Assembly: GCA_963771175.1 (NCBI GenBank)
Contig: CAVYSY010000046.1
Coordinates: 1 to 64,000 of the forward strand
Direction of reading: 5' to 3'
From: an uncultured delta proteobacterium
GTDB taxonomy: Bacteria > Myxococcota > Myxococcia > Myxococcales > Myxococcaceae
DNA: 64,000 nt
A model generated the notes under the pieces. That model searched no databases, had not been told where the DNA came from, and was given only the letters and a program-made list of their open reading frames with translations. The translations under genes and the position numbers were made by a program. Of the stretch, positions 1-12,000 are shown piece after piece (the first letter of the stretch is position 1; every line of letters begins with the position of its first letter).

Positions 1-259
1 CAACGACATGCGCTACCACGCCGACCACGACCTGGTGGTGCTGGCAGTGGGCATGGAGTCGAACGTTCCGGCGGGTGTCCTGCCGGCGGGCGTCGCTATC
101 AACAAACACAATTTCATCGACCCTAGCGAGGGTGTCGGCGTGTTCGGCGCAGGCTGTTCCTCAGACGCGCTGGACGTCAATCGTGCCGCGCAGAACGCCA
201 CCGCGGCCGCACTGCGCGCCATCCAGGTGGTCAATCGAGTTGCAGGTTCGGAGGGTTAA
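1..259 (+). CDS. qmoA: C-terminal part of QmoA / HdrA-like flavoprotein (5' end outside window)
   Basis: DLVVLAVGM and GVFGAGC..ALDVNRAAQNATAAALRAIQ match an HdrA/QmoA C-terminus; lies 3 nt upstream of a qmoB-like gene. Confidence 0.75.
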   Translation, partial: NDMRYHADHDLVVLAVGMESNVPAGVLPAGVAINKHNFIDPSEGVGVFGAGCSSDALDVNRAAQNATAAALRAIQVVNRVAGSEG

Positions 260-262
260 CAG

Positions 263-2167
263 GTGGCCGATATCAAGATTGGAGCCTATGTGTGCAAGGG
301 GTGCGGCATTGATGAGCGCCTCGACGTTAAACAACTGGTAAGCACTGCCAAGCGTGATGGCAAGGCTGCCGTCGCCAAGGATCATGAGTTCCTCTGCAAC
401 GCCGACGGCGTGGCAATGATCCAGAACGACATCAGCAACGACGGCGTCAACCACGTGGTGATCGCCGCCTGCTCGCGCCGTGCCAAGACCGAAGCGTTCA
501 ACTTCGAAGGTGTCACACTCTCCCGCGCCAACCTGCGCGAAGGGGTGATCTGGGTACGTCCCGACACCGACGAAGCGCGCGAGACGACACAGGAGATGGC
601 CGACGACTACGTGCGCATGGCCTGTGCCGAAAGCAAGTACATGAACATGCCCGCCTCCAGCGGTCAGCAGGGCCTGGTGAAGCGCATCCTCGTTGTGGGC
701 GGCGGTGTTTCCGGCATGACCTCGGCCCTCGAAGCGGCCAAGGCCGGTTACGCGGTCGACATCGTCGAGAAGAATGGCCACCTGGGCGGTATCGCTGCCG
801 AGCTGTACAAGCGCGTGCCGGCCAAGAACGGTCTGGGCGGTCCGGTTGATACCGGCATCGCCGAGATGATCAAGGCCATCGAGGCGAACGCCAACATCAC
901 CGTGCATCTCAACACCTCCATCGCCAAAACCTCGGGTGCCCCGGGCCGTTTCAGCGTCGACATCGCCACCGAAAGCGGCGCGGTTAACAACCTGACCGTC
1001 GGTTCCATCATCCAGGCCACCGGCTTCACCACCTACGACATGAACAAGCTGCCTGACCTCGGCGGCGGCAAGAGCGCCAACGTGGTCGACCAGCTCGGCT
1101 TCGAGAAGATGGTCAAGGCGGCCAACGGCGGCGCCATCAAGCGTGCCGACGGCAAGGAAGTGAAGAACGTGGTGTTCGTGCAGTGCGCGGGCCAGCGCTC
1201 CGACAAGGAGGGCGAACTCCCCTACTGCTCCGGCCACTGCTGCACCACCTCCATCAAGCAGGCGATGTACGCCAAGGCGGCCGGAGCCGATGCCACTATC
1301 GTATTCGACGACCTGCGCACCCCCGGTGCCACCGGTGAGGACTTCTACCGCGCCGGCCAGAATGCGGGCGTCACCTTCTCCAAGGGCAAGGTGAACAGCG
1401 TCGAGACGGGCGACACCCTCAAGGTGAAGTTTAACGACATGCTGCTGAAGGACGAGGCGACCGCCGAGGCCGATTCGGTGGTGCTCGCCACCGGCATGAT
1501 CCCCAACAGCGGCGTCAACCTCGACACCATCACCGAAGCCAATGCCAACGAAATGCGCGAACAGTCGATCCTCAAGCTCGACTATCGCCAGGGTCCGGAC
1601 ATGCCGCAGCTCAAGAGCGGCTTCACCGACTCGCACTTCATCTGCTTCCCGTACGAAACGCGCCGCACTGGTATCTACAGCGCCGGTCCGGTACGCCGTC
1701 CGATGGACATGACGCAGACCATGGAAGATGCCACCGGCGCCGCGCTGAAGGCCATCCAGGCCTGCGAAAACGCCGCGCAAGGCCGCGCCGCTCATCCGCG
1801 CTCCGGCGACCTCTCCTTCCCGACCTTCCGCCGCGAAGGCTGCACCCAGTGCAAACGCTGCACCGTGGAGTGCCCGTTCGGCGCCATCGACGAAGACGAA
1901 CAGCGCTATCCGAAGTACAACGAGGCCCGCTGCCGCCGTTGCGGTACCTGCATGGTCGCCTGCCCGGTGCGCGTCATCTCCTTCGAAAACTACTCGGTGG
2001 AAACCATCGGCCAGCAGCTCAAGGCGGTCGACATTCCCGACGAGTTCTCCGAGAAGCCACGCATCCTGGTGCTCGCCTGCGAAAACGACGCCTACCCGGC
2101 GCTCGACATGGCCGGCATGACCAAGCAGAGCTACAGTGCCTTCGCCCGTATCATCCGTCGCGGCTGA
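263..2167 (+). CDS. qmoB: QmoB (HdrA-like FAD domain + 2x[4Fe-4S] + start of MvhD-like domain), truncated at ~2156
   Basis: VVIAACSRR, ANLRE, VVGGGVSG FAD motif, VFVQCAGQR..YCSGHCC, CTQCKRCTVECP and CRRCGTCMVACP; the MvhD-like segment RILVLACENDAYPALD breaks off after RII. Confidence 0.85.
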   Translation: MADIKIGAYVCKGCGIDERLDVKQLVSTAKRDGKAAVAKDHEFLCNADGVAMIQNDISNDGVNHVVIAACSRRAKTEAFNFEGVTLSRANLREGVIWVRPDTDEARETTQEMADDYVRMACAESKYMNMPASSGQQGLVKRILVVGGGVSGMTSALEAAKAGYAVDIVEKNGHLGGIAAELYKRVPAKNGLGGPVDTGIAEMIKAIEANANITVHLNTSIAKTSGAPGRFSVDIATESGAVNNLTVGSIIQATGFTTYDMNKLPDLGGGKSANVVDQLGFEKMVKAANGGAIKRADGKEVKNVVFVQCAGQRSDKEGELPYCSGHCCTTSIKQAMYAKAAGADATIVFDDLRTPGATGEDFYRAGQNAGVTFSKGKVNSVETGDTLKVKFNDMLLKDEATAEADSVVLATGMIPNSGVNLDTITEANANEMREQSILKLDYRQGPDMPQLKSGFTDSHFICFPYETRRTGIYSAGPVRRPMDMTQTMEDATGAALKAIQACENAAQGRAAHPRSGDLSFPTFRREGCTQCKRCTVECPFGAIDEDEQRYPKYNEARCRRCGTCMVACPVRVISFENYSVETIGQQLKAVDIPDEFSEKPRILVLACENDAYPALDMAGMTKQSYSAFARIIRRG

Positions 2168-3191
2168 TGATCGTCACCCCCATGACCTGGCTTCCCTCCG
2201 CCAGGATGGGATGGAGGCTGACGTCCATCACACGGCGGGAGCCGTCGTGCTCGTACGTCTCCTCATGGCGCAGGCGCTGGCCTTGATGCACCTGGGTGAG
2301 GCGATCCTTCCAGGGCTGGAGAATCTCGGGCTCCATATCGAGGAACATCATCTGTCCCTGCTCGAGCTCCCTGCCGAGAAGCCGCTGGTAGAAGTGCTTC
2401 ATGGCCGAGTTGGCGACGAGCAGGCGCCCCTCGGTGTCCAGCGAGGCCACGAGGTCATCGGTGCTCTCGATGATGCTGCTCAACTTGCTCTCGCTGCTCC
2501 GGAGTTGCTTCAAGGCCCGCTCGAGCGAGTGCTGGGCCGCGTCCCGTGAGATGCTGTGCAACGCGCACAGTCCCCAGATGCCCACGAAAGCGACGCCCGA
2601 CATGAGGTGCTGGACCCAGAAGCGGGAGAGGGATCTGCCCGCGGCTGAGAAGTCGACGTGCTGCGTGACGTAGAGGGGATGGATTCCGTCGACGAGCACG
2701 GCGATGACGAGGGTGTAGATCAGCGCCCGGGGCGGCCCCAACAGGAACACGGCGAAGGCGGGGAGCATCAGGAACATGGCGTGCACGCCGCCTTCGGGGT
2801 TGGTCCTGTTCGACAAGACGCCTCCCACGAAGCCAATCGTGAGGGTCGTCAACAGGATCACCGCCGGAACCACGAACCGGGAGGACTTCCGCGCCGCCAC
2901 CAGGGTCGCCACATACGTCAGGCTCGCGAGGCCGGGAACGGGGGAGTAGGGCGAGAACAGCGTGCTCACCAGGTACAGCATGGCGAGCATGAGCATGAAA
3001 CACGCGGAGCCCACGAGCACCCGGTGACGAACGAGGTCCGCGGGAGGCGCGTTGCGCAGGGGCTCCGAGAGGAAGACGTCCAGCCAGCCCAGGAGCCCCG
3101 AAGCTTTCTCGGGACCCGGGGAGGCCAATCCCCGGAGCTCGGGAGGATTGGGAACGTCCTGGCTTGTTTCGACGGATGAAGGGGGCGCCAT
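2151..3191 (-). pseudogene. Membrane-bound PAS-domain sensor (probable histidine kinase), truncated after the PAS/PAC domain
   Basis: About 6 TM segments, a coiled coil, then PAS (SIIESTDDLVASLDTEGRLLVANSA..VMGVTIISRD); stops where the DIT linker and output domain are expected. Confidence 0.75.
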
Positions 3192-3361
3192 GTCAGGGGG
3201 ACGACCGCGAGGGGGGAGGTCCTCGGTTCAGGGCGACATTGTGAGCCGGATCCGGGTTTATCCGAAGGAGAAACCAGGCAGGCAAGGGGTGCACTGCCCA
3301 GTCGTGGGGCGCCGTGCATTGGCCATACCGTTCCCCTGCTGTTGGAACCCGCGTGACCGCA

Positions 3362-3393
3362 GGGCCCCGCCCCCCTGTGCAGAGGGCGGGGCC
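3362..3393. terminator. GC-rich hairpin, probable terminator of the 3415-4020 gene
   Basis: GGCCCCGCCC...GGGCGGGGCC inverted repeat just past the stop codon. Confidence 0.5.
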
Positions 3394-3414
3394 GCCGTGC
3401 TCGCCCGATGAGCT

Positions 3415-4020
3415 CTACTCCGACTTCTTCTGCTCCTCGGGCATTCCGGAGCCGCCGACGGCGGGGGACGGAGTGTCGCCCCAGCCCGCCTCGACGAACG
3501 TCTTCCACTTCCACTGGCCATCGCGCTTCACGAGCAGCCCGGAGTTCCGGCCGGGATACTTCTTGCCGCCCGTGGTCGTGGTGTAGTCATCGGTGTAAAC
3601 GACGAGCGAGTCGGACAGCACCTTGATGTCGAGCTTGTGGTTCGTCTTCATGTCCGCGGGCATCTGCTCGTACATGGGCTTCATCATCTCCGTGAACTTC
3701 TGACGGTCATACTGCTCGGACTTGGGGATGCCCTTGCTGTCATCTGTCGTGAAGAAGACCGGGAAGTCATTCCGGGCGATCGACGCCTCGAAGTCGCGCC
3801 TCTTCATGATGGCGTCCTCTTCCTTGATGAAGGCCTCGACCTCCTTTCGGGTCTGCGCTTCGTTGGTCGGCTTGCGGGTCCATGGCCCCATCTTGGACAT
3901 GTCCATGGGCGTGCCCGCACCACCGGTGGCGGGTGAGGGCTCCTGGGTCTCCTGGTCCTGAGCCCAGACGGGCGCGGTGAGCACGAGCGAGACGAGACAC
4001 ACTGCGATTCGACGCATCAT
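3415..4020 (-). CDS. Secreted NTF2-like / DUF4440-type protein
   Basis: RBS AAGGAGG, signal peptide ending AVWA-like (APVWA|Q), C-terminal [12 protein letters not shown] typical of NTF2-fold proteins. Confidence 0.65.
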   Translation of the reverse strand: MMRRIAVCLVSLVLTAPVWAQDQETQEPSPATGGAGTPMDMSKMGPWTRKPTNEAQTRKEVEAFIKEEDAIMKRRDFEASIARNDFPVFFTTDDSKGIPKSEQYDRQKFTEMMKPMYEQMPADMKTNHKLDIKVLSDSLVVYTDDYTTTTGGKKYPGRNSGLLVKRDGQWKWKTFVEAGWGDTPSPAVGGSGMPEEQKKSE

Positions 4021-4137
4021 GTGCGACCTCCTTCTCGCCCGAATGTGGTGGCGCACCCATCCCCGGACAATCCGGCCTTCCGATGGTCGCCTCGGCCTTT
4101 GGGGCCCCCCAGGCAGCCAGGGGGGCGCTCCCGGAGG

Positions 4138-5713
4138 TCACCACGCGGTGTGGCGGTAGTCCTTGAAGAAGTTGCCCCACACGTACTGGCCGGTGTTCAC
4201 CGAGGACATGACCGGATCCACCACGCGCGCCGCGCCGTCGACGATGTCCAGCGGCGGCTGGAAGTCGAGCTCCTGCTGCTTGCGCTCCGCGTGCATGCGC
4301 CGGGTCCTCGTCGGTGACCCAGCCGGTGTCCACCGCGTTCATGAAGATGCCGTCCTTCGCGTAGTCCGGCGCGGAGGTCAGCGTCATCATGTTCAGCGCG
4401 GCCTTCGCCATGTTCGTGTGCGGGTGCTTGTCCGTCTTCGTCCCGCGCGAGAAGCTGCCCTCCATCGCGGAGACGTTCACGATGTGGCCGGGCGCGGAGC
4501 GGTCGCGCATCATCAGCGGCTTCAGCTTCCCGCAGAGGATGAACGGCGCCACCGCGTTCACCAGGTGGACCTCCAGCATCTCCGGCCGTCGAGACGTCCG
4601 CGAGCTTCATCCGCCAGGAGTTCATCTGCCGCAGGTCCACCTGCTGCAGGTCCGCGTCCAGCCGTCCCTCGGGGAAGAGGGCGCGCGTGTCGCCCTCCTG
4701 CTCGAGGGCGTACGGGAGCAGCGACAGCGCGGCGGAGGAGTGGATGCCGAGCGCGGGATCGCTGCTGCGCCACGTGGGCACGAGCGTCGAGGCGTCGGCG
4801 CCGCCTCCACCGAGGGCGGGGTGCACCGCCGCGACGCACTGCCTCGTGTCCGGCGAGCAGCGGGCGCAGCTCCGCCGGGAGCTCGTCGAAGCGGCGCAGC
4901 TCGCCCTCCAGCAGGTGCGCGTAGAAGCCGGGCGGACGGCGCACCGTCTGCGCGGCGTTGTTGATGAGGATGTCCAGCCGGTGGTGCGTCTGCTCGATGT
5001 GCCGCGCGAAGAGCTCGACGCTGGGGGCGTGCCGCAGGTCGAGGCCGTGGATGTGCAGCCGATGCGACCACGCCGCGAAGTCGGGCTCTCGCGCGTAGCG
5101 CTGCGCCGCGTCCTTCGGAAAGCGGGTGGTCGCGATCACCCGCGCGCCCGAGCGCAGCAGCATCAGCGACGCCTGATAGCCGATCTTCACGCGCGCGCCG
5201 GTGATCAGCGCGACCTTCCCGGACAGCGGCGCCCGCTGGGTGCGCTTCGCGTAGTTGAAGTCCGCGCACGCGCCGCACATCGAGTCGTAGAAGAAGTGCA
5301 GCTTCCGGTACTCCGTCCTTGCAGACGTAGCACTTGCGCGCGATCTCGAGGATCCGCTCCGGCCCCTCGGATGGGCGGCGGCGGGGAAGCTGCGGCACCG
5401 TGAACACGGCGGCGCGGCGCAGCGTGCGGATCTCGGTCGTCGCGCGGACGTTGCGGTCGTGCTCGAGCTTCGTCTGCTTCCGGTCGCGCCTCAGCGCCTT
5501 CGCGAGCCGCGACTTCGTGTCGCGATCCGGGTGCACCACGCGGCCGGCGGCGGTCAGGAGCGCGATCCGCTCCGGCTCCGGGAGACTCGCCAGCAGGAAG
5601 CGGTCCTCGGCCATCGCCTCGAGGAGGTGCGTGCACCGGCGCACCTCGTCCAGCGACAAGGCGGACGGCGGTGCTGCGGACGGTGGAGTCTGGGCTATCT
5701 CAGCGTTTTTCAT
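4138..5713 (-). CDS. SDR-family oxidoreductase with N-terminal Cys-rich region (several frameshifts)
   Basis: Split across frames: [70 protein letters not shown]. Confidence 0.8.
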
Positions 5714-6005
5714 CGCCCCGGTGCATAGCTCCCGGGGCGGTGCGAGAAAAGGGAAGAGGAGGGGTCAGGCTCGATGGGCGGGCGGGGGTCCGTGCGGCCG
5801 AGCCGCAGCTCTTGCCATGGGGCCTCTGTCATGGGTCAGGACCCGGTCACGACCCCTCGGTGACATTCTTCGCCCAGGGAGTGACGCAAAACGTCCGTTG
5901 GCCGCTGCCCGCTGCCCCGTCGCCGAGAGGGGGGTTGGGGTGCGCCCGGTGCTGGCCCATCCGGTGCATCCGCGGGCGAGGCTCACGTCGCTGAAAGGGC
6001 TCGTC

Positions 6006-6686
6006 ATGTGCCGCAACCCGCTGCTGCTCCTCCTGGTGGTGCTCCTCACCGCATCGACCGCTTCAGCGCAGTACGACGAGGAAGAGGCTTCGCCGATGCT
6101 CGAGAGCTCGAGCCGCTTCTCGCTCCAGACCGGCTGGCGGTACACCCCCAACACCCGGTTCTTTGACGACTACTACTCGCAGGCGAAGAACCAGAACCTG
6201 GCGCGCGCGGGGGGAGCGATGGGGGGCCCCCTGCTGGCGGCCACCTTCGCGTATTCGCCGCTGGAGTGGCTGGAGCTGGGAATCGATCTCTTCACCACCT
6301 ACGAGCGAATGCAGCTCACCGCCCGGCCAGGGCTGAACGCCGTGACGTTTGGAGCACTCGTGGGCCTTCGCCTCCAGAAGCGGCTGGAGCTCGGACCCAA
6401 GGTGCTGGTTCCTTCGGTGGGAGTCCTCATGGGACCCATGTTCGCCGCCTCGTACTTCGATGGAGGGCGCTCGGTGGAGAACGCCGCCCAGACGGTCGGA
6501 GGAGCGGTGGGGGCGACCCTGCGCCTCAGCGAGAAATGGGGGCTCGCTTTCGAGTACCGGCTGCTCTTCGGCAAGGGTGTGGCGGAAGAGGCAGGAGCTT
6601 ACGATGCGGCCGGGAACTGGTTCTCCGTGGGCATGACCTACCAGTTCCCCTCCGTGCCGGACCGGCCCATGAGCAGACGCTTCTAG
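6006..6686 (+). CDS. Outer-membrane beta-barrel protein
   Basis: Signal peptide (TASA|Q), alternating amphipathic strands, near-terminal FSVGMTYQF. Confidence 0.65.
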   Translation: MCRNPLLLLLVVLLTASTASAQYDEEEASPMLESSSRFSLQTGWRYTPNTRFFDDYYSQAKNQNLARAGGAMGGPLLAATFAYSPLEWLELGIDLFTTYERMQLTARPGLNAVTFGALVGLRLQKRLELGPKVLVPSVGVLMGPMFAASYFDGGRSVENAAQTVGGAVGATLRLSEKWGLAFEYRLLFGKGVAEEAGAYDAAGNWFSVGMTYQFPSVPDRPMSRRF

Positions 6687-6913
6687 CGTCCTCACCAACC
6701 CCCCAGGCGCAGCTCTCCCGAGAGGCCCTCGGCGGTTGAAACGAGGGCGGGCAGGCGGGGCTGGACAGGAGGGAGGGTTCCCCTTGGCGGCAGAGCGCCA
6801 TGCTGTCGCGGCGTGGACACAAGAGCATCACTCGGGAACAGCGGTCCCATCCGGTGTGCGTCTCCACCATTCAACGCCAGGGCCCAGGGGGGCTCCCAGG
6901 GGAGGGGAAGCGC

Positions 6914-8245
6914 ATGAAACGGATGGTGAGAGGGTTGTGGTGCGTGTTGCTGTGGGCGGGGCTCGTGGCGTGCGGTGTCCCGATGCCGGAGGAGGCGTCG
7001 GAGCCGACGGTGCCGGAGGAGGGCTCGGAGCTTAGCGTGAGCTCGGCCGAAGCGAAGCACCGGACTCCGCCGTTCACGGAGCCGTCGTGGGTGCGCACCA
7101 TCACCAGCGACACCGGCGAGCAGGAGAGCCAGGCCATCGCGCAGGACCGGCGAGGCAACGTGTACGTCCTGGTGACGGACATCGGAGGGCCGCTCGACTT
7201 CGGCTCTGGGCCCGTCACCTTGCCGTACCCGGTCTCGCGCATCGCGGGGCTCGCGAAGTACTCGCCTGGGGGTGAGCTGCTCTGGGCCCGCGTCATCGCG
7301 GCCGAGCCCACGACGGAGTTCCCCATCTCCTACACCCTGGGCACCGCGATGGCGGTCGACCCCCGGGGCCGCATCGTGCTCGGCATGCATGTGGAGGGGA
7401 GGCTCGTGCTCGGGGATATCGATGTGGGCCCGGGGGACTACCTGATGAAGCTGGACGAGGACGGCGAGGGGCTCTGGGCGCGCCGGCTGCCCACCCGGGC
7501 GACGGACGTGGCGATCGACGACAAGGGCCACATCGGCATCAACGGCCTGCTGCGGGGCGCGCCCGCGGCCACGTTCGACTTTGGAGACGGGCCCATCACG
7601 GCGGCGAAGGAGTATGCCTTCGTGGCGCGCTACTCCTCGCGGGGCGAGCTGGATTGGGTCTTCGTGGATGACGAGGTGGTCTTCACCCAGGGGTTCACCA
7701 CGGACGAGGATGGGAACTTCTACTTCAGTGGCAGCCGCTTCCCGGACATTCCGAGCGGCGTCGGCTCGCCCTACCTGCGCAAGGTGACGCGCGGGGGCAG
7801 GGGCTCGTGGGTGTACCACCTGGAGGATATGCTCGGCGGGTTCGCGGACCTCGCGGCGCACCATGACCGGGTGGTGGCGGTGGGCTCCTTCAGCGGCACG
7901 TTCCGTTTCGCGGGACGGACGTTGAGCGCGGAGCCCGAGGAGTTCGCGAGCATGCTGCTCACCTTCTCGCAGGGGGGCCGGGAGCGCTGGGGCCGGAGGG
8001 TGGACCACCAGCTGCTCGCGGTGGACCTGGACCACAAGGGCGGGGTGTACGTCGGGGGGACGCTGAGCTCCACGGGGGGGCCGTCGATGCTGTACCTCGC
8101 GCGCTACTTCAAGGAGAGCGGCAACCTGGACTGGGAGCTCGGCTTCCCGGAGCGCTTCTCCTTCGCGAGGGACCTCTCCGTGACGCCGAGAGGGGACCTG
8201 GCCGTCACCGGCGGGGCCATCGACGTGCTGCTCTTCAGGCGCTGA
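6914..8245 (+). CDS. Lipoprotein with beta-propeller (SBBP-like) repeats
   Basis: RBS GGAGG, lipobox LVAC, repeats such as AIAQDRRGNVYV, AKYSPGGELLW, ARYSSRGELDW. Confidence 0.7.
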   Translation: MKRMVRGLWCVLLWAGLVACGVPMPEEASEPTVPEEGSELSVSSAEAKHRTPPFTEPSWVRTITSDTGEQESQAIAQDRRGNVYVLVTDIGGPLDFGSGPVTLPYPVSRIAGLAKYSPGGELLWARVIAAEPTTEFPISYTLGTAMAVDPRGRIVLGMHVEGRLVLGDIDVGPGDYLMKLDEDGEGLWARRLPTRATDVAIDDKGHIGINGLLRGAPAATFDFGDGPITAAKEYAFVARYSSRGELDWVFVDDEVVFTQGFTTDEDGNFYFSGSRFPDIPSGVGSPYLRKVTRGGRGSWVYHLEDMLGGFADLAAHHDRVVAVGSFSGTFRFAGRTLSAEPEEFASMLLTFSQGGRERWGRRVDHQLLAVDLDHKGGVYVGGTLSSTGGPSMLYLARYFKESGNLDWELGFPERFSFARDLSVTPRGDLAVTGGAIDVLLFRR

Positions 8246-8271
8246 GCACCGGTGGCGCGCCATGCCAGACT

Positions 8272-8988
8272 TCATGACGACGGTGGGCGCGAACCCGAGG
8301 CTGCTGAAGGGGGAGGGAGCGTCACCGCGCCGCGCCGCGGGCCCGGCAGGGTCGAGAGCGCGATGCCGAGCTGTCCGGCCCAGTACAGCAGGATGGAGGC
8401 GTAGCTCATGCCCGCGACGGGATGCACGAACAGCCGGAAGGCGAGCAGCGTGTCGCTCAGGCCGAAGCACAGGGCCCCGAGCAGCGCGGCCCACTGTTCG
8501 CGCCGGGCGAGCCCCTCCTCGCCCATCAGGGCGGACGCGCGCCACATCATCGTGCAGATGACGGCGACGTAGAGTCCCACGGGCGGGCCCAATGCGCCCA
8601 GTCTGGGCGCGAGGAACAGCCAGAGGCCCGTGCCCAGGAGAAGGAAGGGGACACCCAGGCCCCAGCGCGGCGTGCGGGTGGCAGTCAGATACGCGGCGAT
8701 ATAGGCCACGTGGGCCAGCAGGAAGGCACCCAGGCCGTGTAGGAACAACGCCTCGTGAATCTCCAGCAGCAGATCGCCCAACATGGAGAGGGCGAGGCCG
8801 GCGGCGATCCACCGGGTGTAACGATTGCTCGGAGGCCACAGCCATACGGTGAGGCAGAGCAGGGGCACGGCCTTGCTCGCGAGTCGCAGCCAGAAGAGCT
8901 GCAGATGGATGCCGGAGAGGAAGGCGGCGACAGCCAGCCCTCCTACCAGGGCGAGCATGGGAGTCCACGGGGCGGTACGGAAGCGCAT
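8272..8988 (-). CDS. Lysoplasmalogenase (YhhN/TMEM86 family)
   Basis: LASKAVP, GLALSMLGDLLL, GLGAFLLAHVAY, FGLSDTLLA, YWAGQLGIA. Confidence 0.85.
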   Translation of the reverse strand: MRFRTAPWTPMLALVGGLAVAAFLSGIHLQLFWLRLASKAVPLLCLTVWLWPPSNRYTRWIAAGLALSMLGDLLLEIHEALFLHGLGAFLLAHVAYIAAYLTATRTPRWGLGVPFLLLGTGLWLFLAPRLGALGPPVGLYVAVICTMMWRASALMGEEGLARREQWAALLGALCFGLSDTLLAFRLFVHPVAGMSYASILLYWAGQLGIALSTLPGPRRGAVTLPPPSAASGSRPPSS

Positions 8989-9086
8989 GTGGCGCTCCAC
9001 GCTCGCATACCGGGCTTCCGGTATGGAGGCCGTTTGTCCTGAGCGCGGTTGACGGCCCCCATTGTCAACGTCATAACCCGCACATA

Positions 9087-12000
9087 ATGATTTCCCCGCA
9101 TAGGTTGACGCTCCTGCTTTCTCTGTTCGTCCTTTCGTTCGCGGATGGCGCAGTCGCCGCCAGCCTGAACTCCGCGTCATCCACTGTCTTCACCGTTCCC
9201 AACGGGACGTTCGAGACGCCCGCCCTCCCGGCGTCGCCCGGGTACCTGTACGCCCCCTCCGGAACCGGATGGACGCTCGTCAACGGCGCGGGCCTCTCCA
9301 GGGACGCCACCGCGTTCACCTCGGGCAACCCGAACGCTCCGGAAGGCGCCCAGGTGCTCTTCCTCCAGGGAACGGGCTCCGCTTCGCGGACCCTCAACTT
9401 CACGGCGGGCTACTACATCTTCAGCTTCTTCGCGGCGCAGCGCGGAAACACCCCCAGCACCCAGCGAGTCGAGCTGCGGATCGACGGGGTGGCCATCCAG
9501 GGGTTCACCCCCGCCGGAGCCGCTTACCAGCGCTTCAGCTCGGGCGCGGTGCTGCTGTCCTCCGGCCCTCACTCCATCGAGCTGCGCGGGCTCAACCCCC
9601 AGGGCGGCGACAACTCCGCCTTGGTGGACGACCTCGGGGCTACGCGAGTCAGGGAGCTCGGCATCAGCGGATTCGAATCCCCGGCCATCCCCACCTCCCC
9701 TGGGTACGCCTATGCACCGTCGGGCGGATCATGGACCTTCAACGGGCTCAGTGGTCTCAGTCGCAACGCCAGCGGGTTCACGGTCGCCAATCCCGCCGCG
9801 CCTGAGGGCAGCCAGGTGCTCTTCCTACAGGGCGCCTCCACGGCCTCCACCACCGTCACCATCCCGCGCAGCGGCTATTACCGGTTCCGCTTCAAGGCCG
9901 CCCTCCGCGCCAACGACCCGGTCCAGCCGTCGGCCAAGAACGTCCGCATCACCATCGGCGGCACCCAGGTCGGCGAGTTCCGCCTCGCCAGCATCCAGTA
10001 CCTCGAGCAGATCTCGGCCGCGATCTACCTGGACGCGGGCGCCAGCACGGTGAGCCTGACCGGCGTGGACACTGCGCCCGGAGACCACACGGGGCTGGTG
10101 GATGACCTCCGGATGGAGATGCTCCTCGATTGGCAAGACCCGTACGTCTGGGGCGGCGCGTTGCCCGGCGCGAACGATGACGCCACCGTGATCGCTGGCA
10201 GCGCCGTCTGCCTCCAGGGAATCCTCGCTCCGAAGAGCATCACCGTGAGTGGCGAGCTGCTCGGCGTCCAGAACCGGAACGTGGCCGTCACCACCCAGTA
10301 CGTGATGGTGATGGGCAGTGGCTCCCTGCTCGAGCTGGGACAGGAGCTACGCCCTATCCAGGCTCCGCCGTCTTCACCCTCAACGCCACGCCGGCCGATC
10401 CCAAAGTCATGGGGATGGGCAACAAGTTCATCGGCGCCATGGGCACTGGCACCATCCACCTCCACCGCTTGGAGCGGTCAGCTGGACGAACTCGGCGCGA
10501 ACGTGAGCGCCGCGGGGAGCTCCAGCGTGGTCTTGGAGAAGAGCCCGTGGACTGGCGGCCGGGCGACAGCATCGTGATCGTCTCCAGCCACCGGAACTGG
10601 AACGAGGCCGAGCAGCGGACCATCACGTCCGTCCTCCCGGGAAACACGACCCTCATGCTGGAGAGCCCGCTCACGTACTCGCACACCGGTGTGGTGAAGA
10701 GCTACACCGACGGCACGCGCACCTGGACCGCGGATTTCTGCGCGCCCAGGTGCGGCTGCTCACGCACAACATCCTGGTGCAGGGCGATGCGGCGTCCGCG
10801 TCCTCCGGTGGGTTCGGCGGACACGTGATGTATTTTATGGACGACTCGGCGGCGTACGTCAGCGGGGTCGAGCTTCAACATGGGCCAGAAGGCGCTCCTC
10901 GGACGCTACCCGTTCCACTGGCGCATGCTGGGCAGCGTGGGCGCGGGCCAGTACTTAACTCCAGCATTCACCAGTCCTACAACCGGGCCATCACCATCCA
11001 CGGCACCGAGAGCACGCTGGTCGAGAACAACTTCTTCTATGACCACGTCGGGCATGGCGTGTTCCTGGAGGACGGCAGCGAGCGCTTCAACGTGATCAAG
11101 AAGAACGTGACCCTGCTCACCAGGCGCCCCGCGCCGGGCGAGGAGGTCACGCCGTCCGATAACCAGTTCGACCAGGTCCAGAACCGCTCTCCGGCCAGCT
11201 ACTGGATCACCAATCCCCAGAACACGTTCGAGGACAACGTCGCGGCGGGCACCGAGGGGACCGGGTTCTGAGTACACACTCCCGCCCGCCCGCTGGGATT
11301 GTCCGCGACCGACCCGCGTCTTCTCGTCGATGCGCCCCAACGCGCTCCCGATGATCTCGTTCAAGGGGAACAGCGCCCACAGCACCATGACCGGGTTCGA
11401 CATCTTCGACGGGCTGGATGCCAACCACTCGATCCTCCCGAACGCGGGCTGGTCGGACACCGGCATCCACCTCATCGAGAACAACACTGGTGGTACGCGA
11501 ACGACCTGGGCATCTACACGGGATCGGCGCCGGCGGTCCGTCCGACAACCTCATCTTCCGCAACAACGTCCTGGTCGAGAACACGGTGGGCGACATGATG
11601 GCCAGCTACGGCATCGTCGACCAGAGCGTGTTCGTGGCCAACTCCGGCGAGAACCTCGTCGGCGGCATCCGCTACGCCTACCGCGTGTATGACGGCGCGG
11701 GCCAGGTCCGGGACTCCCACTTCATCGGGTGGGATGCCACCAACGCCAACTTCCTGATCAACACGGGCGCCGCGATCAAGCACCCCAATCACACCTTCAC
11801 CGGGAACACGATGTCTCCCGCCGGCCCACCGCGCACGAGCCTGGAGGACTTCGATATCCGCCCTGTTCCGGGCACCCACGCAACCACCCCGGGCACCCGC
11901 GGTACTCGTCCATCGTGCTCCGTGACGTCACGGGCGGCATCAGCGGGAAGGCCGACACGTCCATCGTGTCCAATACCCGTTCTTGCGGGTCGGCGACGAG

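Noticed and set aside
1..2167. Dissimilatory sulfur metabolism in the myxobacterial host
   Set aside because: Reciprocal truncation at ~2156 points to a chimera
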